A stretch of 64,000 bases of DNA. Origin: an uncultured Bacteroidales bacterium (GTDB lineage: Bacteria; Bacteroidota; Bacteroidia; Bacteroidales; UBA932). The notes beneath the pieces were generated by a model, which was given only the letters and a program-made list of their open reading frames with translations, did not search any database and had not been told where the DNA came from. Below are positions 26,466-36,131 of this stretch, in pieces. The DNA lies in assembly GCA_946415475.1 (NCBI GenBank), contig CAMKSQ010000004.1:898-64897 (forward strand), read 5' to 3'. Position numbers and translations under genes: made by a program. How positions within the stretch are numbered: the first letter of the stretch is position 1; the number at the start of each line of letters is the position of its first letter.

Positions 26466-26473
26466 CAAAGATA
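26466..26473 (-). promoter_or_regulatory. -7 box (TATCTTTG) 6 nt from the nnrD ATG
   Basis: Sense TATCTTTG-tatacc-ATG. Confidence 0.55.
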
Positions 26474-26484
26474 AATATATTTTC

Positions 26485-26492
26485 TATATTTG
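26485..26492 (+). promoter_or_regulatory. -7 box (TATATTTG) of hrpB
   Basis: This divergent promoter overlaps the GTG used as start in the ORF track, which argues against that start. Confidence 0.5.
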
Positions 26493-26503
26493 TGTCTACA
26501 ACC

Positions 26504-28984
26504 TTGGCTATTCTTCGTCATACGGACATTGTAACCCTCCCGGCTATGGGCATCGTGGAGGAGGTGAATCGTGTGCTTACGGAGAGGGGAAGGGTCATTG
26601 TGACGGCGCTTCCCGGGGCGGGTAAATCCACGGTCCTTCCGCTCACCATTGCCGATGCGTTCCCCGAGGGGAAAGTTATCCTGCTGGAGCCACGGCGGGT
26701 GGCTGCCCGGCAGGTCGCATCCCGTATGGCCTGGCTCTTGGGGGAGCAGGTGGGGGAGACGGTGGGCTACCGCATCCGCTTCGAGAGCCGGGTCTCCCAA
26801 AAGACCCGCGTGGAGGTGGTGACGGAGGGCATTCTGACACGGATGCTGCTGGACGATCCTGCCCTCGAAGGGGTGGGAACAGTCATTTTCGACGAGTTTC
26901 ATGAGCGGAGCCTCACCTCCGACGAAGCCCTCGCTCTCACGCGACAGTGCCGCGCCCTCCTCAGGGAGGATCTGCGCCTGGTCATCATGTCTGCTACCAT
27001 CGACACGTCGGCCCTTTCATCGGCCCTGGATGCACCTGTGGTGGAGAGCGAAGGGAAGATGTATCCTGTGGAGATTATTCATGCGAAGGAAGAGGCCGAT
27101 GCCTTTGGTTGCGCCTCCCTTGTGGCGAAAACCGTCCTGCAGGCGCACCGTAGCCATGCGGGCGATATCCTGGCCTTCCTGCCGGGAGAAGGGGAGATTC
27201 GCCGGGCCGAAGAACTCCTTTCCGGGAACCTCGGGGATACGGCCATCTACCCGCTCTACGGCCTTCTTTCCAATGACGAGCAGGCGCGGGCCATCGCCCC
27301 TAGTAGGCCTGGGGAGCGAAAAGTGGTCCTCGCTACCCCCATCGCCGAGACCTCCCTCACCATCGAAGGAGTACGGGTAGTGGTCGATAGCGGACTTTAC
27401 CGGAAGATGGTCTTCGATCCGCGCAGCGGACTCAGCCATTTGGAAACCGTGCGGATATCGCTCGACATGGCCACCCAACGGACAGGACGTGCGGGTCGCG
27501 TTGCGCCCGGCATCTGCTACCGTTTGTGGAACGCTGGCACGGAAGCCCGCATGGCGAAAATACGTACGCCGGAAATATTGGAGGCCGATTTAGCCCCGCT
27601 GCTGCTGGATGCCGCCGTCTGGGGCGAAAAGGAAGTGGAAAGCCTCCCGTGGCTCACGCCTCCGCCGCGTCCGGCCCTTGTCCATGCCCGGGAACTGCTT
27701 CTGTCCCTCGGTGCCATCGACGAGGAAAACGGCATCACGGCCCGCGGAAAAGCGCTCTCGAAACTCCCGTGCCATCCCCGTATCGCGGCGATGCTCTTAT
27801 CGGCACGGACCGACCAAGAAAAGGCGCTTGCGGCTGACCTCGCGGCGCTTCTCGAAGAAAAAGACCCGATGGCAGGGGAAGGGGACGTGTCGATGGACCG
27901 GCGCGTGGATGCCCTCCGCCATGGGAGAAATTCCCGGCAGTGGATCCGTATCGCGCGGATTGCCCGCCAGTATGCCGCTCTGGTAAAGGCGCCTGTCGAT
28001 GACACACCGGTAAACCCTTATGACGCCGGGCGGCTGCTTGCCCAGGCATATCCGGAGCGGATAGGGAAAGCCTGGAAGGAGGGTGTGGGTACGTTCCAGC
28101 TCTCCGGCGGGGAACTCGTTGCCGTAGACGCTTCAGACCCGCTTGCCGGAGCGGAATGGATAGTTGCCGCGTCGATGCACCCCAACGCCGGAGGGGTCGG
28201 CAAAGTGTTCCTTGCCAGCCTCGTGGCGTCGGAGGACCTGTCGGCCTTTACGCGGGAACGCGACGTCGTCTTCTGGGATGCCAAGGGTGGAACGGCCGTC
28301 GCCCGCCGGGAATGCCGTTTGGGCGCCATCCTCTTATCGACCAAACCCTTGTCCGGCCTTGAGAGGGAGCAGGTGCAGTCCGTAATCTGTGATGCCATCG
28401 TCAGAAATGGCGCGTCGATGTTGTCCTTTGACGATGAGGTGGGGAACCTGCAGCGGCGCATCGCCTTTATCGCACTTCGTCACCCCGAGCTCGAACTTCC
28501 GGCGGTGGATACTAGTTCACTTTGTGCCGATGCCCGCGAGTGGGGACCGCTCTTCATCGGAAAGGCGACGACGGCCGCTGAACTCAAGAAAATCGACCTT
28601 TGCGAGGTTGTCTGGAGCCGGCTTTCGTACAGCCAGCAACAGGCGATGGAGCGTCTGGCACCTACCCATATCACCGTGCCGACGGGTAGCCATATCCGCC
28701 TGGAGTACCGCCAGGGAGCGGAGGCGCCGGTCCTGCGGGTACGCCTGCAAGAGTGCTTCGGGCTGGTGGATACCCCCGAGGTGGACGGTTCGCCGGTCCT
28801 GATGGAACTCTTGTCGCCGGGGTACAAACCCGTGCAACTTACTACGGATTTGCGGAGTTTCTGGGGCGGGACCTATTTCGAGGTCCGGAAGGAACTGCGC
28901 CGGCGTTATCCCAAGCACGCCTGGCCGGAAAATCCCCTGGAGGCCGAGCCCGTTCGCTCCGCAAAGAAGTGTGTTCCGAAATAA
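26504..28984 (+). CDS. hrpB: ATP-dependent RNA helicase HrpB (DEAH box)
   Basis: GAGKST, DEFHERS and the HrpB C-terminal region are present. The start is uncertain: TTG 26504 or ATG 26546. GTG 26492 lies within the -7 box. Confidence 0.9.
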   Translation: MAILRHTDIVTLPAMGIVEEVNRVLTERGRVIVTALPGAGKSTVLPLTIADAFPEGKVILLEPRRVAARQVASRMAWLLGEQVGETVGYRIRFESRVSQKTRVEVVTEGILTRMLLDDPALEGVGTVIFDEFHERSLTSDEALALTRQCRALLREDLRLVIMSATIDTSALSSALDAPVVESEGKMYPVEIIHAKEEADAFGCASLVAKTVLQAHRSHAGDILAFLPGEGEIRRAEELLSGNLGDTAIYPLYGLLSNDEQARAIAPSRPGERKVVLATPIAETSLTIEGVRVVVDSGLYRKMVFDPRSGLSHLETVRISLDMATQRTGRAGRVAPGICYRLWNAGTEARMAKIRTPEILEADLAPLLLDAAVWGEKEVESLPWLTPPPRPALVHARELLLSLGAIDEENGITARGKALSKLPCHPRIAAMLLSARTDQEKALAADLAALLEEKDPMAGEGDVSMDRRVDALRHGRNSRQWIRIARIARQYAALVKAPVDDTPVNPYDAGRLLAQAYPERIGKAWKEGVGTFQLSGGELVAVDASDPLAGAEWIVAASMHPNAGGVGKVFLASLVASEDLSAFTRERDVVFWDAKGGTAVARRECRLGAILLSTKPLSGLEREQVQSVICDAIVRNGASMLSFDDEVGNLQRRIAFIALRHPELELPAVDTSSLCADAREWGPLFIGKATTAAELKKIDLCEVVWSRLSYSQQQAMERLAPTHITVPTGSHIRLEYRQGAEAPVLRVRLQECFGLVDTPEVDGSPVLMELLSPGYKPVQLTTDLRSFWGGTYFEVRKELRRRYPKHAWPENPLEAEPVRSAKKCVPK

Positions 28985-28989
28985 ATTGT

Positions 28990-28997
28990 TATCTTTG
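28990..28997 (+). promoter_or_regulatory. -7 box (TATCTTTG)
   Basis: It lies 17 nt upstream of ATG 29015. Confidence 0.5.
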
Positions 28998-29014
28998 CAA
29001 AAACGATTAGTGGT

Positions 29015-29824
29015 ATGAAAATCAGACTTTTATTGGCGCTCCTGCTCATAGGCACGGCCCTGAATGCGCAAGTGAAACAAATGCGGATTGTTTATTCCAC
29101 GGGGGAGGAAGGTGTCCGCTACAATTTTACCTATAACAAGGATGGCGCATTATCGCAGCTGAAAAAGCAGGTCCCCGGCTCAGGCGCTGTCACCATTCAG
29201 TTTGTATACGACGAGAAGCACAACCAGCTGATGACCCGTACGCTGGAGGGGCAGGCTCCCGAGAGTGTGTCGCTGTTGCTGCCAACATATTCCCTCTTCA
29301 GCAATCACAAGGCATTTTCCTGTACGGTGGGCCGGAATGTGATGTCGCTGGAAAAGGGGGAGGATCTTATAACCCTTGGCAGTTATACGGGGCTGCGTTA
29401 CCAGGATGGATATCTCCAGGACTGTTATTTCGAGGATTTTATGACCAACGGTGTCTGCAGTTTCGAATTAGCGTGGAAAGATGGCCTTCTGACAGGACTT
29501 AAGGGCTTTGGCCCCGGCGATGAATCCTTCGATGTCAAGGATATGCGCTATGACGCTTCTCCCAATCCTTTTAGCCCGGTAGATCCGCTTGCCTATATGA
29601 TTCTGAACGAAGTCGATCTTTTCTGGCAGGGTCTCGCCGGTGAGCGGCCTTCCAAACAGCTCAAGTCGTACCAACTTCGCGTCAACGAGTGGGGGGAGGT
29701 TAATCCGAACGACCCTTGGATACAGGTCCGTTTTGAATATGTGAAAGATGCGGAAGGACGGATCACCCAGGTGAAGGAACTGCGTGACGATGCTTTGTTC
29801 AGAACAATGATAATTGCTTGGTAA
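29015..29824 (+). CDS. secreted protein of unknown function
   Basis: 269-aa ORF with signal peptide MKIRLLLALLLIGTALNAQ. No family recognised. Confidence 0.65.
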   Translation: MKIRLLLALLLIGTALNAQVKQMRIVYSTGEEGVRYNFTYNKDGALSQLKKQVPGSGAVTIQFVYDEKHNQLMTRTLEGQAPESVSLLLPTYSLFSNHKAFSCTVGRNVMSLEKGEDLITLGSYTGLRYQDGYLQDCYFEDFMTNGVCSFELAWKDGLLTGLKGFGPGDESFDVKDMRYDASPNPFSPVDPLAYMILNEVDLFWQGLAGERPSKQLKSYQLRVNEWGEVNPNDPWIQVRFEYVKDAEGRITQVKELRDDALFRTMIIAW

Positions 29825-29838
29825 TTAATAAGAAGACT

Positions 29839-30378
29839 ATGCGTATCTCAATTATTACTTTCGCCCTTGCGCTCGCTTGTGTGAGCATGGTTTCCGTTGC
29901 AACTTCTTCTGCGGGCAGTGTGCAAACGCAACCGGTACAGCAGGATCAGGACCAGCTGGTTGGCCAGCGCTTCATAGACGTGCAGGCAAAGGATGTCAAT
30001 GGAAAAACACACCGGCTCAGCCAATATGCCGGCAAGGGTAAGTGGATCCTGCTGGATTTCTGGGCCTCCTGGTGCGGCCCCTGTCAGGAAGAAATGCCCA
30101 ACGTCGTGGCCGCTTACAAGAAGTACCACAACAAGGGATTTGATATCGTCGGCATTTCCCTGGACGAGAGCAAGGAAGAGTGGGTGGACGCCATCGAAAA
30201 CTGGGATATGCCCTGGATCCACCTCTCAGACCTTAACGGCTGGAAGTGCAAGGCCGCGCAGAAATATGGCGTAGAAGGCATTCCCACCAACTTCCTCATC
30301 AACCCCGACGGCGTCATCGAGGCATGCGACCTGAGCGGCGATGAACTGTCCGAATTCCTCTCAGCAGCGCTGAATTAA
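29839..30378 (+). CDS. TlpA-like thiol:disulfide oxidoreductase (thioredoxin fold)
   Basis: Signal/anchor sequence followed by FWASWCGPCQEEMP, the CxxC redox motif. ATG 29839 is preferred over TTG 29818. Confidence 0.85.
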   Translation: MRISIITFALALACVSMVSVATSSAGSVQTQPVQQDQDQLVGQRFIDVQAKDVNGKTHRLSQYAGKGKWILLDFWASWCGPCQEEMPNVVAAYKKYHNKGFDIVGISLDESKEEWVDAIENWDMPWIHLSDLNGWKCKAAQKYGVEGIPTNFLINPDGVIEACDLSGDELSEFLSAALN

Positions 30379-31709
30379 ATCTCTTTTACGGAGTCCAGCG
30401 CGGCAATAATGTCGCGTAGCAGACCGTTGAAATCTATCACCTTGTCAGGCTTGGGGGAGTAGCCCAAAACTACCACCACAAGGTCTTTGGATGGGACGAT
30501 GTAGATTTGCTGACCGTTGTGGCCGTTGCAAGAGAACATGTCGGAGGGCACATCCGGGCATCTGCCACCCAGGTTGAGCCAGAAGAAGGCACCGTAGTTG
30601 CCTTTGCTGTCCGAGGCCGGCGTCCGGGTATAATCGACCCATCCCTCCGGGAGGACGCGTTGTCCTTCAACGCAGCCGTCATCCAGGTAAAGCTGGCCGA
30701 AGCGGGCAAACTCCATGGCCTTTAAGTACAAGTACGAAGAGCCAACGGGAGTACCGCTGGCATCTTGCTCAAAGACGGCATTACGAATCCCGATGGGCGC
30801 AAAGAGTCGGTTGCGGATATAGCCAAGGAATTCCGCGTCGGAGGAAAACTTGCCGCGCAGGTAACGCATCACGATATTGGTCGTGCCGCTGGAATAGTAC
30901 CAGTGGGTGCCGGGCGCGTATTCCAACGGCATATCCAGGGCGTGTAGGCCCATGTCTTTCTCACGATGCAGCATCAGGTTCACGTTGGAGCGGGCGCCGT
31001 AGTCCTCGTTCCACTTGAGGCCGCTTTGCATCTGGAGGAGGTTGTTCAAGGTGATATCCTTCCTCCCATCATTCTGCCACTCGGGAATATCCATGGGTGC
31101 GTCGATATCCACAAGGCCGTCACCGGCCATAACACCCGCAAGGGCGCTGGTAAAACTCTTAGCCATGCTCCAGCTAAGCAGTTTGGTATCAGGGCCGATG
31201 CCTTTGTCGTAACGCTCCGCCACCACCTTCCCTTTATGAAGGGCCACGAAGGCGAAGGGATGGCCGTTGTAGCTTCTATCGTCCACCAATGCCTTGGCGA
31301 TAGGCTCCAGAAGCGCCACTTCGGCCGAATCACCTGACGGCAGCGGTGCTACGCAATCACTCTCCGGGGGAAGCGGATAGGCTTGTGCCCTCAATTCGTC
31401 GGCCTTGATGCCGCGAAGCAGCGTTACGCCGTAACCGTCTCTGTATAGGGCTGTTGCCTTGCGCCACAGGAAACGGCTGGTGACGGTTTTGTTCTCCCGG
31501 TCGATCTTGTATTTGTTGAATTTGATGAAGGAGAAGTTCAGGTCCAGGGCTTCCACTTCATCGGCATCTCTGCCGGACACAAAAACGGCCGATGCCATTC
31601 CCTTTGCACCGTAGCCGGTGATAATGGGCAGAAGGCCGTCCAGATAGATGCAGCCGCCTAAAATGGCGAGAAGGAGCACTACTCCCACGATGCGTAAAGC
31701 TTTTTTCAT
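30375..31709 (-). CDS. beta-lactamase-related serine hydrolase
   Basis: 444-aa ORF with an N-terminal TM and SxxK motif (WSMAKSFTS). Overall like class C / esterase family proteins. Confidence 0.75.
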   Translation of the reverse strand: MKKALRIVGVVLLLAILGGCIYLDGLLPIITGYGAKGMASAVFVSGRDADEVEALDLNFSFIKFNKYKIDRENKTVTSRFLWRKATALYRDGYGVTLLRGIKADELRAQAYPLPPESDCVAPLPSGDSAEVALLEPIAKALVDDRSYNGHPFAFVALHKGKVVAERYDKGIGPDTKLLSWSMAKSFTSALAGVMAGDGLVDIDAPMDIPEWQNDGRKDITLNNLLQMQSGLKWNEDYGARSNVNLMLHREKDMGLHALDMPLEYAPGTHWYYSSGTTNIVMRYLRGKFSSDAEFLGYIRNRLFAPIGIRNAVFEQDASGTPVGSSYLYLKAMEFARFGQLYLDDGCVEGQRVLPEGWVDYTRTPASDSKGNYGAFFWLNLGGRCPDVPSDMFSCNGHNGQQIYIVPSKDLVVVVLGYSPKPDKVIDFNGLLRDIIAALDSVKEI

Positions 31710-31777
31710 GGCTATAACGATTTATGCTTTTGCAAAGATAGCAAGAATCCTGACACTCTGCACTCGATTATTTTTTG

Positions 31778-31785
31778 TACATTTG
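31778..31785 (+). promoter_or_regulatory. -7 box (TACATTTG)
   Basis: It lies 30 nt upstream of ATG 31816. Confidence 0.5.
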
Positions 31786-31815
31786 CGTATCTGCATCTAA
31801 GGGCAGGAGAAACCC

Positions 31816-32676
31816 ATGAGAATTTGCGTCATCGGCGGCGCCAACGTGGATATCACCGCCACGTCCGGCCGCGCTTTCCAGTTCGGTGATTCCAACCCCG
31901 GGACCGTCCAGGTCTCCTGGGGCGGTGTGGGACGGAACATCGCGCATAACCTGGCGCTTCTGGGAGATGAGGTAGAGCTGGTGACCATCTTCGGCGGTGG
32001 CCTTTTCGGCCCTGTCATCGCTTCATCCTGCCGGGAGCTGGGCATCCGGATCGACCATTCGGAAATCGCCCATGAAGGGACCAACTCTTTCTTTGTGTCT
32101 GTCAACAATGCCGATGGGGAACTCGTCGGGGGAGTGGCCGACATGAACGCCACGGAAGGGATGTCTCCGGAGTGGCTCTCAAAGCGTCTGGAAGCCATCA
32201 ACAGTGCCGATGCCGTTGTTGCCGATGCCAACTCATCGGCCGAAGCCCTGGCCTTCCTTATCGACCATTGCACGCGTCCGCTGTACTTGGATGCCGTCTC
32301 CGTGGCCAAGGCAGGACGCATCCGTGAGGCGGTGAGGCTCTCCGAGAAGAAAGCCTTCTATGCTCTCAAGTGCAATGCCCTTGAGAGTCAGGAACTTGCG
32401 GACCTCGGGGAAGAGGCCGTTATCCAGCGGAGATACGTCAGTGTCGGAGCCGAAGGGCTTCGTGTGGAAGAGGACGGGCGGGAGTACGCCTTCCCGGCGC
32501 TTCCGTGTATCGTCAAGAGCGTCACCGGCGGGGGAGATGCCCTCCTTGCGGGCATTGTTCACGCAGGAGTGGGTGCCCCCGTTACCGAGACGGCCCGCTG
32601 GGGCCTGGAATGCGCCCGCTGCGCCGTGGAAAGCCCGGATGCGGTGAGTGACCGCATCAAGGACCTCCGGCTGTAA
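31816..32676 (+). CDS. PfkB-family carbohydrate kinase (pseudouridine-kinase-like)
   Basis: MRICVIGGANVDI...GGVGRNIAHNLALLG N-terminal pattern and a C-terminal TGGGDALLAG anion hole. Confidence 0.8.
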   Translation: MRICVIGGANVDITATSGRAFQFGDSNPGTVQVSWGGVGRNIAHNLALLGDEVELVTIFGGGLFGPVIASSCRELGIRIDHSEIAHEGTNSFFVSVNNADGELVGGVADMNATEGMSPEWLSKRLEAINSADAVVADANSSAEALAFLIDHCTRPLYLDAVSVAKAGRIREAVRLSEKKAFYALKCNALESQELADLGEEAVIQRRYVSVGAEGLRVEEDGREYAFPALPCIVKSVTGGGDALLAGIVHAGVGAPVTETARWGLECARCAVESPDAVSDRIKDLRL

Positions 32677-32688
32677 CTAAACCCGCCC

Positions 32689-33930
32689 CTATGAGATAGC
32701 GTCCAGGCTGGGATTGAAGCTGCGCTGGACCATGCCGGCAAAGAGGATGGAAATTTCCTGTACGCTGAGGCCGAGGCTTTTACCGATACCGTAAATGAAA
32801 TTCACCTCCTTCTCGCCGATTTCCCTATCGGCCAGAATAATGCCGATGATGTATTCCATCATATTCGACTTCAGATTCGGATTGATGGAGAGGATGGTCT
32901 TGACAGACTCTTGGAAAAGCGCATCGACATCTTCTTTCAGCACGGAATCGAGGAAATTCTTGGGGAAGATCATGCTGCCCGAAAGGGTCCCGATGATGTG
33001 CTCGTATTCCTCCTTGGTCACATTTCCGTCCACATTCGCGGCAATGATACCGGCCGTGGCGACGAAGATGGACATCGGCTGATCCATAGGATTATTGCCC
33101 ACCTTCAGCAACACCTGAATAAGCTCGTCCATACCCTTATCCAGTTCGTCCTGGTTCCGGGCGTTTGCGAACAGGTTGATGGCCTGCACACGGATGGGAT
33201 TCACCGGATGGTCGTAATGGCTCATGCCGCCGCCTTTGAGGAAATATTCCAAATGTTTGCTATTATCGGCCAAAAGGTCATCAATGCTCACATGCATCTT
33301 CTCCAGGTCCAGGCCGGAGGCCATCTTGAAGAAGGCGGTTACGCAGGCCTCCAGATTGCCACAGGCAATGTAACCATACCGGTCTGCCACTAGTTCCGCC
33401 AAATTGTCGTGCAGATGGATTTTGTACTGCAGCGTAAGGGGAATCTGGGTCGATTGGGGCGGATACACAAAGTGAATCAGGCGCCTTAACGCCGTATCCT
33501 GGTTAATGAGATGGCCCAGCTCATGACCGACCACAAACTTTAACTCGTCCTCGCTCATCAGGTTGAAGAGTTCGGAATTTACATTGACGATATGGGGATG
33601 CTGATCGTCTTCCGCAGCGATGGAGAAGGCATTGATAGAGGAATCGCCCGTAACGTAGAAATCGACATCCTCCTGAAAGTTCAGGCGGTGCTTGACCTCA
33701 TGGCAAAGATTGTAAAAGTCGCCCAGAAGGTTTTTATCGACCTTCATGCAATGGCCTTCCATACGGCTTCTCCAATAATCGTCATCCGTAGAACTCTGGG
33801 CATTCTTAAGGACGAAGCGGACGACATCGCCCTCAAGGGCATTATAAATTTGACCGGCAAGCGCCTGCTCCAGTTCAATCTCGGGTTTGAGGATCCGGGT
33901 CATGGTAGGGGGTATGTTCTTGGTTATCAT
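32689..33930 (-). CDS. M48-family zinc metallopeptidase with TerB-like C-terminal domain
   Basis: HELGHL zinc motif (VVGHELGHLINQD). The C-terminal ~130 aa resemble TerB/DjlA-N tellurite-resistance-like repeats. The start is ATG 33930 (3 nt after the -7 box, leaderless) or ATG 33903. Confidence 0.75.
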   Translation of the reverse strand: MITKNIPPTMTRILKPEIELEQALAGQIYNALEGDVVRFVLKNAQSSTDDDYWRSRMEGHCMKVDKNLLGDFYNLCHEVKHRLNFQEDVDFYVTGDSSINAFSIAAEDDQHPHIVNVNSELFNLMSEDELKFVVGHELGHLINQDTALRRLIHFVYPPQSTQIPLTLQYKIHLHDNLAELVADRYGYIACGNLEACVTAFFKMASGLDLEKMHVSIDDLLADNSKHLEYFLKGGGMSHYDHPVNPIRVQAINLFANARNQDELDKGMDELIQVLLKVGNNPMDQPMSIFVATAGIIAANVDGNVTKEEYEHIIGTLSGSMIFPKNFLDSVLKEDVDALFQESVKTILSINPNLKSNMMEYIIGIILADREIGEKEVNFIYGIGKSLGLSVQEISILFAGMVQRSFNPSLDAIS

Positions 33931-33933
33931 GCA

Positions 33934-33941
33934 CAAATATA
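33934..33941 (-). promoter_or_regulatory. -7 box (TATATTTG)
   Basis: Sense TATATTTG-tgc-ATG, the same 3-nt geometry as at tmk. Confidence 0.5.
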
Positions 33942-34042
33942 ACATTTTTTCTCTAGAAATAAGAGTTGCGGTCACTTACCGCAAATCATTTCCATGGAGG
34001 TGTACTGCGGCTTGAAGCCTGCGAAGATAAGAAATTTTATGC

Positions 34043-34050
34043 TACCTTTG
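34043..34050 (+). promoter_or_regulatory. -7 box (TACCTTTG)
   Basis: It lies 8 nt upstream of ATG 34059. Confidence 0.5.
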
Positions 34051-34058
34051 CAAGTGAC

Positions 34059-35378
34059 ATGAAGAAACTGCCGAACACATACGTAATCATCGCCATGCTC
34101 ATTGTGCTGTGCGCCGTCCTCACCTGGATGGTGCCGGGCGGGCAGTACGTCACGGACGGGGAGGGGAGACTCACCTATGAGGAGGTGGCTGCCGTCCCAC
34201 AGACCTGGCAGGTGTTTTCGGCCATCTACCATGGCTTCGTGAAGCAGGCGGGCATCATCATCTTTATCCTCGTTGTCGGCGGGGCGTTTTCCCTTCTCAC
34301 TGCTACCGGAGCCGTGGATGCGGGGATCCGTCGGTTTATCGCCCTTATCGGCCGGAAGGACAAATGGGTGCTGGTAGCGCTTACGCTCCTTTTCTCCCTG
34401 GGCGGAGCGGTGTTTGGCATGAGCGAGGAGGCCATTCCTTTTGTGGGAATTGTGGTTCCGCTGGTGGTATCCTTGGGCTATGACGCCATTATGGGGCTCC
34501 TGGTGGTCTATGTGGCTTCCAATATCGGCTTTTCCAGCGCCTTCCTCAATCCCTTCACGGTGGGGATTGCGCAAGGGATGGCGGATCTTCCGCCCTTCTC
34601 CGGAATGGGCTACCGCATCTTCTGCTGGGCCTTCCTGACCGTGCTGCTGTGCCTCTTCGTGGTCCTGTACGCGCGGAAAACAAAGCGTGAGCCGCCGGAG
34701 GAGGGGACTGCCCTCAAAGAGGAGACGCTTTCTTCCAGGCAGGGCTGGATTCTGGGTATCCTGCTTCTCACGGTCATTGCCCTTATTGTCGGAGCCACCC
34801 TGTGGGGCTGGTACATGGCGGAAATTACCGGACTCTTCCTGGCGATGGGCATCCTCTGCGGCATCGTCGCCCGCTTCCCGGCCAACCGGATTGCGGACGA
34901 GCTCCTTGCCGGAGCCAAGGACATCCTTCCGGCCGCCCTCGTGGTCGGTTTCGCTACCGGAATCGTCACTATCCTTCAGGACGGAAAGATTATCGACAGC
35001 ATCCTGCACGGCATGCAGGATTCGTTGGACGGAACAGGGGAGGCGTCTTCCCTGGCGGCCATGTATGGCATCCAGGCGGTCATCAACTTCCTCATCCCGA
35101 GTGCAACGGCCAAGGCGGCCATCACCATTCCCATCATGGCCCCGTTCTCGGACCTGGTGGGGGTGTCCCGGCAGGCCATGGTCCTGGCCTTCCAGTTCGG
35201 CGACGGATTTACCAATATGATCACCCCCACATCCGGCGTCCTTATGGCGGCACTGGCCATGGCCCGCGTCCCCTACGAAAAGTGGCTCAAGTGGGCCTGG
35301 AAGCTGGTGGCTGTCCTCTTGGTGCTCGGCCTGGGGCTCCTGCTGGCCACCCTTCCGCTGGCACCGGCGGGGTTTTAA
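34059..35378 (+). CDS. yfcC: YfcC/DcuC-family anaerobic carrier-type membrane transporter
   Basis: ~440-aa polytopic membrane protein starting MKKLPNTYVIIAMLIVLCAVLTWMVPGGQY, the typical YfcC N-terminus. The ORF-track start at 33966 was rejected. Confidence 0.8.
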   Translation: MKKLPNTYVIIAMLIVLCAVLTWMVPGGQYVTDGEGRLTYEEVAAVPQTWQVFSAIYHGFVKQAGIIIFILVVGGAFSLLTATGAVDAGIRRFIALIGRKDKWVLVALTLLFSLGGAVFGMSEEAIPFVGIVVPLVVSLGYDAIMGLLVVYVASNIGFSSAFLNPFTVGIAQGMADLPPFSGMGYRIFCWAFLTVLLCLFVVLYARKTKREPPEEGTALKEETLSSRQGWILGILLLTVIALIVGATLWGWYMAEITGLFLAMGILCGIVARFPANRIADELLAGAKDILPAALVVGFATGIVTILQDGKIIDSILHGMQDSLDGTGEASSLAAMYGIQAVINFLIPSATAKAAITIPIMAPFSDLVGVSRQAMVLAFQFGDGFTNMITPTSGVLMAALAMARVPYEKWLKWAWKLVAVLLVLGLGLLLATLPLAPAGF

Positions 35379-35385
35379 ATATTTG

Positions 35386-36081
35386 TTAGAGCTTCCCCGT
35401 AAAAATATAGCCCGTGCCTTCGACGGCCCTGCGAATACTGTCCTCTGATGCCGTGCCCTTGACGGATAGGGTCCTGCGGCGCAAGCTGGCCTTGGCGGAC
35501 ATCACTCCTTCCACCTCCCGGACGGCATTCTCAACAGTGGCTTTGCAATGGGAGCAGTACATCCCCTCGATGCCGTAGATGGATACGGCTCCCTCCTTTC
35601 TGGGGAACCAGGGCCAGACGCGGTTGACGCGGCGACAATAGGCATCGTATTCGGCCCCATAGCGTTCATGGAGCCATTTCTCCTCCGTCAGCTTCATCGT
35701 GAGGGCCATGAGGATGGAGAAGATGACAGGCAGGAAGAGAAGCCAGAGATTCCCGGCAAAAAAGGACACGCCGATGCAGATGAACATGCATCCCGTGTAA
35801 AGGGGATTTCTGCACCAGGCATAGATGCCGTCAGTGACCAGGCGGTTGTTCCGGATGCCCTCGTCAATCCGGGAACGGAAGAAAGCGTATCCCCAGATGA
35901 AGACCCCCACAAGGATAAGGAGGATGCCGAGAATCATCATCGGCGTTCTCAGACCGGGTATCAGCCCGCTATCCAGGTAGCCCTTCCAGGAGAGCGCCAT
36001 CCCGGCGACCGTAATGACAGCGATAGCTCCCACATAATATGGGCCTATACCGAAAAAAGGGAGGTGTTCTTTCTGTTTCAT
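35386..36081 (-). CDS. ICMT/PEMT-family membrane methyltransferase fused to a heavy-metal-associated (HMA) domain
   Basis: The core NRLVTDGIYAWCRNPLYTG...EEKWLHERYGAEYDAYCRRV matches the ICMT/PEMT family. The C-terminal GMYCSHCKATVENAVREVEGV carries an MxCxxC HMA motif. Start at ATG 36081 (MKQKEHL). Confidence 0.75.
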   Translation of the reverse strand: MKQKEHLPFFGIGPYYVGAIAVITVAGMALSWKGYLDSGLIPGLRTPMMILGILLILVGVFIWGYAFFRSRIDEGIRNNRLVTDGIYAWCRNPLYTGCMFICIGVSFFAGNLWLLFLPVIFSILMALTMKLTEEKWLHERYGAEYDAYCRRVNRVWPWFPRKEGAVSIYGIEGMYCSHCKATVENAVREVEGVMSAKASLRRRTLSVKGTASEDSIRRAVEGTGYIFTGKL

Positions 36082-36131
36082 AGCGGGAGCAAAAATAGTG
36101 ACCTTTCGGCGCAACCGGGTTGCAAAGCTGT

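Noticed and set aside
26492-26494. GTG start of hrpB. Similar TTG starts of nnrD (26468), the rhomboid gene (37450), the cyclase-like gene (39268), the GNAT gene (40653), the TlpA gene (29818) and the AAA ATPase gene (19882).
   Set aside because: Several fall inside or upstream of the predicted -7 boxes, and each has an in-frame ATG a few codons downstream that gives a sensible N-terminus. The hrpB start remains uncertain.
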